Shown: positions 41,988 to 52,908 of the stretch, in pieces | How the letters are laid out: each line of letters begins with the position of its first letter | Position numbering within the stretch: the stretch's first letter is position 1 | DNA from: an uncultured bacterium | GTDB taxonomy: Bacteria > Chloroflexota > UBA5177 > JANWHV01 | Direction: 5' to 3' | Length of the DNA: 64,000 nt | NCBI GenBank assembly: GCA_963729625.1 | Contig: CAVSOU010000008.1 | Span: 970,106-1,034,105, forward strand | Notes under the pieces: generated by a model | What the model was told of the DNA's origin: nothing | Database searches by the model: none | The model's input: the letters and a program-made list of their open reading frames with translations, nothing else | Made by a program: the position numbers and the translations under genes

Positions 41988-42541
41988 GGCGCAACGCCGG
42001 CTGCGAAGCGCTGCTGCTTCCCTCGGCCGCACAGCTGCCCGGTGAGGATTCCCGCGTCATGGTCGTATTCGCAGACAAACTGCTCCACGGCTCCTCGCTC
42101 CGCGTGGTGCATACCGTCACACCGGATTTCACCGGCTCCTTGTAGGCCTCGAGCCACGCGCTGGGCACAGGAGCAGCGCCGGCCCTGTAACGCGGCGACA
42201 CAGCCTGCGCGGTGCCGAGATAGCTACCCTGGATCCCTGGCTGGACCGTCATGAGGCCGCGACGAGCATCCTCGTCAACGGGGAAGTCACAGAATATCTG
42301 AAGGGCCTCCCCGATTTTCTGGCGCGCCGGGCAGCACTGCGCCGGCAGTTGCAAGGAATACGCTCGTGCCTTCTCACGTACGCCGAAATGGAGCGGTATG
42401 CGGATCTGCGCCGGTGACTTCGGCCTCCCCGTGGACCCGGCCTGATCGGAGTTATCGACACCCTGAACGCGGCGACCGCCCTGGATAGCGGATGTTTCCG
42501 TGCATCAGGATCGATCTGCCGCTTTCTGCCCGCCGTGAGCA

Positions 42542-45500
42542 TTAACGCGCCAGGGCAGCCACGCCATAGATCTCCCGTACCCGGTTGTTGACTGTATCCG
42601 CGATGAACAGGTTGCCCGCGCTATCTATCGCCAGACCGTACGGTCTGTTCAACGCAGCCCGAGCTGCCTGCCCTCCATCGCCGGCATAGCCCTGGATCCC
42701 AGTGCCGGCCACGGTGCTGATGACACCGCTTCCTGCGTGCACCTCCCGCACCCGGTTGTTCCTGAAGTCCGTGATGAAAAGGTTGCCGGCGCGATCCACT
42801 GCAGACCGTCCGGGTAGTTCAGCTCTGCTTGCGTGGCGGGCCCACCGTCGCCGCTGAAGCCCGCCTGTCCGTTACCCGCTACCGTGTTGATGGTGCCGCT
42901 GCCTGCCGGCACCTCCCGTACCCGGTTGTTGGCGGAGTCTGCGATGTAGAGGTTGCCGACGGCATCCACCGCCACGCCGGACACTATGGACAACTCCGCC
43001 TGTGTGGCCGGCCCTCCGTCGCCGCTGTAGCCATACTTGCCGCTGCCAGCTACGGCATCTATGATGCCGGTTCCCGCGTGCACTTCCCGCACCCGGCCTG
43101 TGACCTCCGCGATGTACAGGTCTCCAGCGTTATCTACAGCAACGCACAAAGGCTCAACCACATACGCCTGAATCGCTGGGCCGCCATCGCCGACGGGGGC
43201 GCCATTCGCAGGACCCTGGCCATTGCCCGCCACCACGCTTACGGTGTTGCTACGTGCATTCACCTCGCGCACCCTGTTATTACCTGTGTCAGCAAAGAAG
43301 GCGTCTCCGGCACCGTCCACGGCGACACCCATTGGATGATCCAGCTGTGCCTGGACGGCGGGTCCTCCATCGCCGCTGTAGCCCCACTCCGAGCTGCCCG
43401 CCAGTCGGGTGATGATGCCAGTACCTGCGTGCACCTCCCGCACCCAGCTGTTCTCGCTGTCTGCGATGAGCAAGTCTCCCGCGCTGTCTAAAGCTATACC
43501 CGTTGGGTAGTACAGCTCAGCCCGCGTAGCCGACCCCCCGTCGCCACGATAGCCGCGCGATTCCATTCCGGCAATACTTGTGATGACACCGGTTCCTGCC
43601 CGCACCTCCCGTACGCGTTTGCCGCTACCGTCCGCGATGTAGAGATTGCCGGCGCTATCCACAGCCACTCCTTCGACCAGACAGGCAGCCTGCGAGGCTG
43701 GCCCTCCATCACCGCTGTAACCTCGCACTCCGTTGCCCGCCACGGTGGTGATGATGCCGCTGTCGGCATGCACCTCCCGGACCCGGTAATTGCTGTAGTC
43801 GTCGATGTAGACATTGCCCGCGCCGTCCACCGCCACGCTTTCCGGCTGACCCACCTCCGCTTGCGTGGCCGGCCCGTCGTCGCCCGCGAATCCTGCCTGC
43901 CCGTTACCAGCTATCGTGTCAATCACGCCGGTGGCCGCGAGCACCTCCCGAACACGGTGGTTCACCGAGTCGCCAACGTAGAGGTTGCCCGCGCTGTCCA
44001 CCGCTACGCCACTGCCAGAGAGGCTCAGCTCCGCCTGAGTGGCTGGCCCACCGTCGCCACCATAGCCGCGTTGCCCATTGCCCACCGCCGTAGTGATGAC
44101 CCCGCTTCCCGCATGGACCTCCCGCACACGATTGTTATCCCAGTCCCCGATGTAGAGGTTGCCCGCGCCGTCCACGGCGAGGCCGTAGGGCAAGTTCAGC
44201 TCGGCCTCCGTCGCTGGTCCGCCATCGCCGCTGAAGCCAGCCTGCCCATTTCCCGCGACCGTGGTGATGATGCCGCTGCCCGCGTGCACCTCACGCACGC
44301 GGTTGTTGCCCAAGTCCGCGATGAAAACGTTGCCCGCGCCGTCTACCGCCACCCCTTCTGGCTGGGTCAGCTCGGCCTGCATGGCCAGGCCGCCATCACC
44401 GCTGTAGCCTCCCTGCCCATTACCTGCCACCGTGGTGATGATGCCACTACCCGCATGCACCTCTTGCACCACCTCAGTCCATTCCGCGATGTACAGGTTG
44501 CCGCCGGTGTCCACGGCCATGCCGCCTGTTGGCAATAACCTCGCCTGCGTGGCCAGTCCCTGATCGCCTGTCTGCCCATTGCCCGCCACGGTGGTAATCA
44601 CGCCCTTGCGCCGCACCGGCTGCGGCGGCCTTGGGGGCGATACCGGTGTTGAAACAGTGAGCCGCATGGGGATCAGCGGCGCGTACACGTTGTTGTCCGG
44701 TGACGACAGGCGGTCGGCGATCAGCTTGCCGAAGTCCAGGAACATGGCGCCGATGCGGCCGCCGATGATCAGCCGGGAAAGACCGTTGAGCACCGGGCCC
44801 ACCTGCGTCATGGCCGTCGTGACCGACCCCTGCGTGACATTGGTGGCCCCGGCGGCGTTCAGCCCCGTTGCCAGGAGCGGCGCCACCTCTTTCAGCAGCT
44901 TCGGCTTGGCCAGCACATTGGCGATATCGGCGCACAGGCCGGGGATCGCGGCCGCCTTGTCCGGCAGGCTGTTGGCGGCCAGGATCTTCTCGATGTCCCC
45001 GATGGGTGCGCTGTAGTCCGTTGATCCTGCCAGCTCTGCCGCCACGGCGACGAGGTCGGGCGAGGCATTCAGCACCGCAACGGGATCGACGTCCAGGCCC
45101 AGATAGACTTCGACCAGGTCGATGCCCATCACCAGCTCGTCCAGCGCCACCGCGCGCGAGGTGGTCGGATTCAGCTGCAGCAGCACCGACTGGCTGGATC
45201 CGGCGAGCGAGAGCTGCACCGTCTGCTTGGGGCCGAGCAGCCCTTGCTGCCAGAGGAGCGCCGTTGACGTTACGGCGGACTTCGCTGGATCGAGGCTGTA
45301 GAACACAGCGAGGTTGTTGGTCAGCGTGAAGGTGAAGCCGGCGCTGGTGCTTCGAATAGGCCCGAGGGCCAGGCGATGGGTTGGAAGGACGATCTTGAGC
45401 TGCGGCAAGGCCAAGCTCTCCGGACGCGTTTGCCGCTGCCGATCTGAAGCATACATCGCAGCGGCGGTGCCAGGGAGCACTGTCAGCGCCACCAGGACGG

Positions 45501-45552
45501 CAACGAGTACCGCGCGACCCCCGCACCGGAAGATACTCTCGCACCTCTTCAT
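42542..45552 (-). pseudogene. Large secreted NHL-repeat (teneurin-like) protein, frameshift near 42800
   Basis: Signal peptide, helical N-terminal domain, many GDGGPATQAEL..P.GVAVD.AGNLYIAD repeats. The last repeat continues in ORF 42542..42799 after one missing base. Confidence 0.85.
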
Positions 45553-45749
45553 ATCTCTGCCTTTCCGGCCTGCCGTGCCTGGCTCGACCCGCTACGCAGT
45601 CCCCGGCGGACAGCTGGCCCCTGAACGCGATAGGGGCTCGTGAGCTCGACAAGCCCCAACTCCTGCGACCCTGCCCAACAATTCCGGCAGTCTCCAGCTG
45701 CCGCTGCCCGTTGGCATTTGCCCGCGAGCAGATACTGCAGCACGGGCAC

Positions 45750-45782
45750 AGCCTAGCACAACGGCATTAGGCCGGCATTAGG
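45750..45782 (-). promoter_or_regulatory. CCTAAYG direct-repeat operator + extended -10, copy 9
   Basis: Minus strand: cctaatg ccgg cctaatg ccgttg tgc taggct. Confidence 0.85.
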
Positions 45783-46293
45783 CGCAGCGAACAATTTCAA
45801 GGCGGCCGCACAGCGGCAACCGGCCTTGGTTGCCGGCACAAGGTGTACCATGATCCTCTCGCAGAACGCCTCGTCCCGCTGTAGAGTTGGTCCTGCCTGG
45901 TGGATTCTGCAGGCGCCCCGGATCGTAGCGAACCCGCAGCCCGGCACCGGCCAAGTGCCACAGAATATCAGCCTGGCAGTTCGCGTGGACTGCCAGGCTC
46001 GGACTCGAGGAGACGCGTGGCTCAAGCGTGCACCAGCTTGGCCAGGGGCTAGCGAGGGCGAAGATGCCATTGCCTGGCGGCGGGACCCGGGCCAGATGGC
46101 TATCACGTTGGACAGGCCCACCTGGGTACGTGCCTGCGGCTGCAACGTCTGCTCACCATCCATCGCGTGCAAGGGGTCAAAGCGCATCCAACATGGTGGT
46201 TTGCGGCGGGATCGTCCGTGACAGCACTGGCATGCATGCTCACTGCGGTTCAAGGGAAGTCAGGAGCGCCATAGGCGCTCTCGACGCTGCACG

Positions 46294-46326
46294 CCTAATG
46301 GCCGGCTAATGGTCGGCTGCTATGGT
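46294..46326 (+). promoter_or_regulatory. CCTAAYG direct-repeat operator + extended -10, copy 10
   Basis: cctaatg gccg gctaatg gtcggc tgc tatggt (one mismatch in the second repeat). Confidence 0.8.
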
Positions 46327-46488
46327 GTATCGCGACATGTGGCGATGGTGCGAGCCAGTGCTTCTGGCGTCGGCTTGGCATCGTGTCGTGCACACCAGGA
46401 AGCCGCGCTCGTTGCACGCACCAGAGTGGACAGCTGGGCTCGCTCCAACCGGCTGGGCAGGACGCCCGGGACAAGGAGCTCCCGCTAA

Positions 46489-48236
46489 CCTGGATTATGC
46501 GGGACCCCTGAAGGAAGCGAGCTAAGCAAGGTTGAGGGGAGGCTCGTCGCGGCCCGCATCGCGTCGAGGTAATGTGCGCCGGCATGCAGAGGGGGCCTGG
46601 TGCGGCGGCAGGATCCAGCGTGCGTCCAGCGGTGCGTGGCTGGGCTCGCTGGTGGGGCAGTTGGCGCGGGGAGGACGGCGTGAGGGGTCGTACCGCGACA
46701 GGGACAGTCGCGGTGTCGGCAGCGATCGGCAGCAGCGGGACGGATTAGCGGAGGAACGGCGGCGCGTGGCCGGGCGGCTGCGCACCGAGCAGGCTCCAGA
46801 GGGCCTGACCAGGATGGCTGCTGGCCAGGTGCAGGCGGATGCGGTGCAGCCCTTCCCGCACCCGGCCGCCGATCTTGATGAGCTGGAGCCGCAGGGTATC
46901 GAGCTGCAGACGGGGCAGGCCGCGGGCAGTCAGCCAGCGTCGGAGGGTATCGAGGAGCCAATAGGCGGCGGCGTGCAGGATGAGGCGGCACTGGTTGGCC
47001 CAGAAGCGATGGTCGCTCAGGCGGTCGGCGAAGCAGGCGAGCTTGATGTCCTTGATCCACAGTTCCGGGGTGCCCCGATCGACATACCAATCGTAGAGGT
47101 CTGTCGGCGCGTCGGTGCGGCTGGTGACGACGAAGCGGACATTGGGCCCCTTGGCCAGGGCTTCGGTCTTGTAGACCACGCGCCGTGCGCGGTCCCAACT
47201 CTCGGCCTGGTAGGTGGTCTCGCCGCACAGGCGGACCTTCTCCGCGGCGGTGGCCTCGCGCTGGGCCTGGGCCTGCGCCAGCAGGGGCGCGGCCAGGGCT
47301 GCCAGGCGGGCATTGGTGCCCAGACCCAGGGTGTAGGTGATATGGTGGCGCTCGCAGAACTGGTAGATTCGGGGCGTGGCGCCCGCTGCGTCAGCGCGGA
47401 TCTCGATCTGCACGCCGGGCCAGCGCTGCCGAAAGGCCCGGACTAGCACGCGCAGCACCGTAATCACCCCGCGGCTGCCGTGCACCGTGCCCGGGCGCAG
47501 GATGGCGGTGATCAGCTGGTCGGTCTCGCCATCGAAGACGAGCAGCGGGTAGTACTGGTGCTGGCGGTAGTACCCGTGGTACGCCGCCCCTTCCTGGTGC
47601 CCGTGCGTGGGGTCATCCGTGCTGTCGATGTCCAGCAGAATGTGCCGAGGCACGCCGTCCTGTTCCCTCGCCACCAGGTACACCTCCAGGAGGGCGTGGG
47701 CCAGGTGGCGACAGGCTTGCCGGTCCACGCTGTTCTCCAGGCGGCTGAAGGTGGACTGGCCGGCCAGCGCAGGACCACTCTCCGGCAGACGCCCGCAGAC
47801 CATCTTGAGCAGGGGGTCGTGGCGCAGGGTGTTGGCATCGTTCTGGTCCTCGTACCCGCAGGCAATCTGGAACACGCGCTGGCGGACCAGACCCTCCAGG
47901 GAGTAGCGGATGTGCCGCTGGCGGCGCTCCGGCAGGCTCGCTGCCAGCCCGGCACACAGTCCCAACACCGCGTCGGCCTTGGCGAGCCAGGGCAGGCCGC
48001 CATCGCTGGTCAGGCGGCCACCATCAAAGAGGGCCTCGAGCGCCAACCCGGTCTGGGTGGCAAAGTGATAGCGCTGTGTGGCAGACTGAGTAGCCATAGG
48101 GTTCGCTCCGCTCGTTGGTCGTCGTCTAAGAACTTGACCATAAGGGAGCGAACCCTAGCAATCAACCACGCTCAACGGTTCGTAGCCTGAAACCTGCCTC
48201 CCTGCGGCTCAGCTGCTCGTTCCCGCATAATCCTGG
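46489..48236 (-). mobile_element. IS1380-family insertion sequence, 1748 bp
   Basis: IRs CCTGGATTATGCGGGA / CCAGGATTATGCGGGA (15/16); flanks ctaa / ctag (imperfect target duplication). Confidence 0.9.
46745..48097 (-). CDS. IS1380-family transposase
   Basis: FDGGRLTSDGG, GYEDQNDA..LRHDP, LDIDSTDDPTHG.QEG..YHGYY, IRAD, Y..RG..E..IK. Confidence 0.93.
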   Translation of the reverse strand: MATQSATQRYHFATQTGLALEALFDGGRLTSDGGLPWLAKADAVLGLCAGLAASLPERRQRHIRYSLEGLVRQRVFQIACGYEDQNDANTLRHDPLLKMVCGRLPESGPALAGQSTFSRLENSVDRQACRHLAHALLEVYLVAREQDGVPRHILLDIDSTDDPTHGHQEGAAYHGYYRQHQYYPLLVFDGETDQLITAILRPGTVHGSRGVITVLRVLVRAFRQRWPGVQIEIRADAAGATPRIYQFCERHHITYTLGLGTNARLAALAAPLLAQAQAQREATAAEKVRLCGETTYQAESWDRARRVVYKTEALAKGPNVRFVVTSRTDAPTDLYDWYVDRGTPELWIKDIKLACFADRLSDHRFWANQCRLILHAAAYWLLDTLRRWLTARGLPRLQLDTLRLQLIKIGGRVREGLHRIRLHLASSHPGQALWSLLGAQPPGHAPPFLR

Positions 48237-48263
48237 CTAGATGGAAGGTAATAGGAGGATGAT

Positions 48264-49976
48264 ATGACCAGCGGTCTTCACGTCCTGCAAAGTTGCCGAC
48301 GATTGCCGCAATCCGCGGCTGGCGCAGCACTGCTGCTACTCTTGCCTTTGCTCCCTACTCATGGCTCAGCAATTCAGGCGACCGGAACAGGTCTTGTCCT
48401 GGCAAAGAGCAGTGCTGCCATGACTTGGGCCCGCCGAGCTACCAGCACAACTGTCGATCTGTACAGTGTCAGCTGCCCGACCGCGAGGGTTTGCGTGGCC
48501 GTGGGCTACAGGCCGGGCTCGCAGCCGCAGCGCGACGGATTCGCGACCATCCTGGTCAGCGCGGACGGCGGCGCCACGTGGCGCAATCGTACCTCGGGCG
48601 CCGGCCGAGCGCTCTCCAGCAGCAGCCAGCTGCAGAGCGTCGACTGCCCGAGCGTGACCTCCTGTGTAGCGGTCGGCTACACGCATGGCCGGACGAGCTG
48701 GAACGGCACCACCCTGGTCCTGACCAGCTCGAACGGGGGCAGAACGTGGTCTCGCCACGGCCCGAAGGGGACGTACTCGCTGGATGGCGTCAGTTGCCCG
48801 AAACCCCGCGTCTGCGTGGCCGTATCCAACCAGTCACCGTCCCCGGGGATCCTCAGGACTACGGATGGCTGGACCCGGTTCACGGCACGGAGCATCCATC
48901 TCGACGATGCTCCCTTGTTCAGCGTCGACTGCCGTCTTCCCACCTGCGTGGCGGTAGGCCACTACGGCACTATCGTCACCAGCGCGGATAGTGGAACCAC
49001 CTGGAGAATCCAGCGTCGATCGCCAACCGCGAGCGGCCTCGCGACCGAGAGCTACACAACCGTGACCTGTACAAGTGTGCGCGAGTGCGTGACGGTCGGC
49101 GCGGTGTGGGACTCCAGAAGCCGGAGATTCGTGCGGGGGTTGCTCTTGACCACGGTCGACGGAGGCCGTAGCTGGAGCAGGCAGCCGGTAGCGATGACGA
49201 ACCAGGCCAATGGGGTGAGCTGTCCAAGCAGGACGACCTGCGTGCTCGTCGGCGATCACGGCGCCATCTTCGTCGGCGCGGAGGGCGGTACAACCTGGCG
49301 GAAGCCAGGGTCGGGCACGAACCGAGATTTGTACAGGGTGAGCTGCCCCAATCCGCACCAGTGCGTGGCCGTGGGCAAGGGAGGCACCATTCTGCTCGGC
49401 CGCACTCACTCCACCGGCGCCATACCTAAGCCCAAGGTGAAGGTAACCGGCCCGGCGACCAAGGTCGTCGTGTTCCATCCAAGCGGTGTGCGCCGCGATA
49501 TCGGGCAGGGCGATTGCTTCCATAGCTCTACCGTGGTCGCGCGGCCCAATGCGTGGCGGTGCGATAGTCCGGAGGGAATTGAAGATCCGTGCTTCAGCGC
49601 ATCGTCCGCGGCCATGACCGTGCTTTGCGACGCCGGCCCCTTCAATCCACTGAAAGACCCCCGTGGCGATCTGCTCCATCTGACGAAGGCGCTGCCTGCG
49701 CCCCGAAGTCCTCGCGCCGGCGGTTCCCCCTGGATTTTCGAGCTCGCCGGCGGCCTGATGTGCCAGACGTATTCCGGCGTTCCGCTCCAGATCAACAACT
49801 CCTCGGGAGGAATCGCCGGGTTCGTCTTCACACGCTGCTCGGACGGGCACTTCCTGTGGAAGGTCAACCGCGGCGCCGTGTGGACCGCCCAGGAGATCTC
49901 GGTGTCCCGTGTCCCGGCCGGTGGTTTCCCCATCACACGCGCTATCAGCGTCAAGATCAGCAGAATCTGGGTGTAG
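48264..49976 (+). CDS. Secreted Cys-rich BNR/Ycf48-like propeller protein with a small Cys-rich C-terminal domain
   Basis: AGGAGG RBS; signal peptide; VSCP...CVAVG...SxDGGxTW repeats. Confidence 0.85.
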   Translation: MTSGLHVLQSCRRLPQSAAGAALLLLLPLLPTHGSAIQATGTGLVLAKSSAAMTWARRATSTTVDLYSVSCPTARVCVAVGYRPGSQPQRDGFATILVSADGGATWRNRTSGAGRALSSSSQLQSVDCPSVTSCVAVGYTHGRTSWNGTTLVLTSSNGGRTWSRHGPKGTYSLDGVSCPKPRVCVAVSNQSPSPGILRTTDGWTRFTARSIHLDDAPLFSVDCRLPTCVAVGHYGTIVTSADSGTTWRIQRRSPTASGLATESYTTVTCTSVRECVTVGAVWDSRSRRFVRGLLLTTVDGGRSWSRQPVAMTNQANGVSCPSRTTCVLVGDHGAIFVGAEGGTTWRKPGSGTNRDLYRVSCPNPHQCVAVGKGGTILLGRTHSTGAIPKPKVKVTGPATKVVVFHPSGVRRDIGQGDCFHSSTVVARPNAWRCDSPEGIEDPCFSASSAAMTVLCDAGPFNPLKDPRGDLLHLTKALPAPRSPRAGGSPWIFELAGGLMCQTYSGVPLQINNSSGGIAGFVFTRCSDGHFLWKVNRGAVWTAQEISVSRVPAGGFPITRAISVKISRIWV

Positions 49977-50157
49977 CGTCGCGCGTCAATGCCCGCCAGT
50001 AAGAAAGCATTCGTGTACCGAAACCCATGCTGCTTGCACCGGGCCGAGTCGCCTTCCAGCGTGCATGCGGTAGCGAACCGTGTGTACTCCCACGCCCAGA
50101 GTAGCTCTTGCAGGCCCGAAATATCCGGACAGTCCGACATGCTAAGGAGCGTGGCCA

Positions 50158-50190
50158 CCTAATGCCCGCCTAATGGCAGCATGCTATGCT
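50158..50190 (+). promoter_or_regulatory. CCTAAYG direct-repeat operator + extended -10, copy 11
   Basis: cctaatg cccg cctaatg gcagca tgc tatgct. Confidence 0.88.
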
Positions 50191-50215
50191 GCGCTGGCGG
50201 AAGGCGAGTGGTGCC

Positions 50216-52867
50216 ATGAATGACGACCGAAGACCTGTTTCCTGCCCGCGGTGCGGCAGGCAGCGCGCCTCGCACGACAAGTTCTGCGGCGGATGCGGTC
50301 GCCTCTTTGACGAGCCGCCGGCGGACCAACCGACAGAGGTCGGTGCGGTCGCGACGGTCGGCGGGGACGGCGCTCTGCCTTTGAGCCCAACCCTGCGTGT
50401 ACCGCCTTCCGCCTCAACCACGCCGAGACGTACGATGGTCGAGCAATGCGCGTCCGACGCCGATGGCAGTCCGGGTCCGGGACTGGACCGCCGGCAGGGG
50501 CTTGCAGCGGTTGAGTCCTGCCGCACTTCCGCCGCGGTCCGCGCGGGCGGCTATGTCCTCGTCATCTCACAGCCGGGCAAGCCGGAGATGGCCACGACGT
50601 TGGGGGCGAGCAGGCTCACGATTGGCCGAAGCAGCACTTGCGACATCGTGATCGACGCACCCGGCGTATCGCGCCTGCACGCCGACGTGAAACAGGGTCA
50701 GGGCGGCTACGTGCTGCGCGACCAAGGCAGTGCGAATGGCCTGGTGGTTGAAGGGGCCAGTGTCAAAGAGGTGGTGTTGCGCGAGGGTCAACCGGTACGC
50801 ATCCCCGATCCGTACGGCAACCTGATCACGCTTTCGCTGCACGTCCAGAGCACCGTGTCCGCATCGGATACAGGGCTTGCCGCCGCCGAAACGCGCTGGC
50901 ACACGCTGCCTCTGACCGCGCCTGGAGCGTCGCTCTCGATCGGGCGCGACGCGATAAACGACGTGCGGCTCGACCAGCCGCTCGTCTCGCGCCGGCATGC
51001 GCGCGTGGAACGCACGGACGATGGCCTTGTGGTCCGCGATCTGGGCAGCACCAACAGCACCTTCGTGAACGGCGCACGTGTCCAGGGCGCCATTACCATC
51101 GCTGATGGCGACGAGCTGCGCGTCGGTTCGACCCGGTTTCTGGTGGAGGGCGCCGCGCTGCGCCAGTGTATCGAGAGCCAACGCGTGCGCATCGACGGCG
51201 TGAACCTAATCCGCAGAGTCGGGCGCGGCGGCGCCAAAGTCATTCTCGATTCTGCGTCGCTCTCGATTCTGCCCGGCGAGTTCGTCGCTCTGGTTGGCGG
51301 CAGCGGAGCCGGCAAGACCACGCTGCTGCGGGCCCTCTGTGCCGTGGAGCGCGCACAGACGGGCCTTGTCCTGTTCAACGGTCTCGATTTCTACAGGAAT
51401 CCGGGACCGTACCGCGACATGATCGGCTATGTCCCGCAGGACGACATCCTCCATCGGGAGCTGACCGTCGACCGTGCGCTTCACTACGCCGCGCTGTTGC
51501 GCCTGCCCCCGGACACGTCGAGTGAGGAACGCGCCAAGCACATCGAGGAGGCGCTCGCCGAGGTGAAGATGGCGGCCCAGCGCCATCAGCCCATCAGCAA
51601 GCTCTCCGGCGGTCAGCGCAAGCGCGTGAGCATTGCCGTGGAGCTGCTGGCCAATCCCGGCGTGATCTTCCTCGACGAGCCCACGTCCGGCCTGGATCCC
51701 GGGCTCGACAAGACAGTGATGGCGCTACTGCAGCTTCTCTGCGACCGTGGGCGAACGATCGTGCTGGTCACTCACGCCACCGAGAACATCTGTATGTGCT
51801 CGCACGTGGCATTCATGGCACGGGGCGGCCGGCTCGTGTATTTCGGACCGCCCGGCGAGGCGCCTGCCTCTTTCGGCGTTCCCTCCTTCCCGGACATCTA
51901 CACGCTGTGCGAACAGCAGCCGGAGGAGATCACTGCGCTTGAGGAACGGTATCGCCAATCGCCTCACTACCAGCGCTTTGTGCTCGACAGGCGGCACGAG
52001 GCAGCAGCGCTGACCGCGACGGCCAGCGCCACCGCGAGCATTCGCCGGCTTTCCGTGACGGCGGGCGCTCGCCAGTGGTGGATTCTCACATGCCGCTACG
52101 CGGAGCTGTTGGGCCGGGACCGGCTCAATCTTGCCATACTGCTGGCGCAAGCCCCGGTCGTCGCCCTGCTACTTATTATGGTCGCCTCCAGCAACGCCTA
52201 TACGGTGGCCGATGTGCCGGGGACGCAGCAGATTCTGCTGATGCTGACGCTGGCCGCCGTCTGGTTTGGCACGATCAATGCGTCGCGCGAAATCGTCAAG
52301 GAGCGCCCTATCTACCAGCGCGAACGGATGGCCTCGGTCGGCATCGTGCCGTATGTCCTTTCGAAGTTTTCCGTGCTTGCGCTGCTCTCGGTGCTGCAAT
52401 CGATCGTGCTGCTGGTGATGGTCTCCTTCAAGACCGCGCATCTGCCCGCACAGGGCATGCTGCTGCCCGGCGGTGCCGAGATCGGGATAGCCCTCATTCT
52501 CACCTCACTGGCCGGATTGACCGGCGGCCTGCTTCTCAGCAGTTTGGTGAGCACGGCGGACCGAGCGATGAGCATCGTGCCGATCGTCCTGCTCGCCCAG
52601 GTGGTGTTTTCTGGCGCTGCCTTCGAGCTCCAGGGCGCAAGCAGCCTGCTGGCGCGTCTGTTTCCTAGCCGCTGGAGCATGAGTATACTGGGACAAACGG
52701 TCGGCCTGAACGCACTGGGCGTTGCGGCACGGGTGCCAGACTTTCCAAAGCTGCTCTACGGCGGTGGCTCGGCGGCACACGTCCTGGAAAAATGGCTGGT
52801 GCTGGCAGCCTTTAGCGTGCTGTTTCTGGTGGCGACTTACTGGTCCTTGCGACGCCGTGACATGTGA
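50216..52867 (+). CDS. Zinc-ribbon-FHA-FHA-ABC exporter (Rv1747-like architecture), copy 2
   Basis: Same architecture and motifs as 16868..19315. Start moved to ATG 50216 because 50186 lies in the -10 box. Confidence 0.92.
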   Translation: MNDDRRPVSCPRCGRQRASHDKFCGGCGRLFDEPPADQPTEVGAVATVGGDGALPLSPTLRVPPSASTTPRRTMVEQCASDADGSPGPGLDRRQGLAAVESCRTSAAVRAGGYVLVISQPGKPEMATTLGASRLTIGRSSTCDIVIDAPGVSRLHADVKQGQGGYVLRDQGSANGLVVEGASVKEVVLREGQPVRIPDPYGNLITLSLHVQSTVSASDTGLAAAETRWHTLPLTAPGASLSIGRDAINDVRLDQPLVSRRHARVERTDDGLVVRDLGSTNSTFVNGARVQGAITIADGDELRVGSTRFLVEGAALRQCIESQRVRIDGVNLIRRVGRGGAKVILDSASLSILPGEFVALVGGSGAGKTTLLRALCAVERAQTGLVLFNGLDFYRNPGPYRDMIGYVPQDDILHRELTVDRALHYAALLRLPPDTSSEERAKHIEEALAEVKMAAQRHQPISKLSGGQRKRVSIAVELLANPGVIFLDEPTSGLDPGLDKTVMALLQLLCDRGRTIVLVTHATENICMCSHVAFMARGGRLVYFGPPGEAPASFGVPSFPDIYTLCEQQPEEITALEERYRQSPHYQRFVLDRRHEAAALTATASATASIRRLSVTAGARQWWILTCRYAELLGRDRLNLAILLAQAPVVALLLIMVASSNAYTVADVPGTQQILLMLTLAAVWFGTINASREIVKERPIYQRERMASVGIVPYVLSKFSVLALLSVLQSIVLLVMVSFKTAHLPAQGMLLPGGAEIGIALILTSLAGLTGGLLLSSLVSTADRAMSIVPIVLLAQVVFSGAAFELQGASSLLARLFPSRWSMSILGQTVGLNALGVAARVPDFPKLLYGGGSAAHVLEKWLVLAAFSVLFLVATYWSLRRRDM

Positions 52868-52908
52868 GCAGGATCCGGGCTGTGGAGCACCGGTGAGGGA
52901 GGAACGAG

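Noticed and set aside
41561-45292. DGR template/variable repeat pair
   Set aside because: Too long, very few differences, not at a C-terminus, and no reverse transcriptase in the window.
3379-50190. GCCTAAC/GTTAGGC resembles the integron attC core (RYYYAAC/GTTRRRY)
   Set aside because: The repeats are direct rather than inverted, mostly read CCTAATG, lie upstream of genes at a fixed distance from a -10 box, and no IntI is present.
3379-50190. CRISPR array or iteron interpretation of the recurring motif
   Set aside because: Copies are kilobases apart on both strands, with no spacer periodicity and no cas or rep genes.
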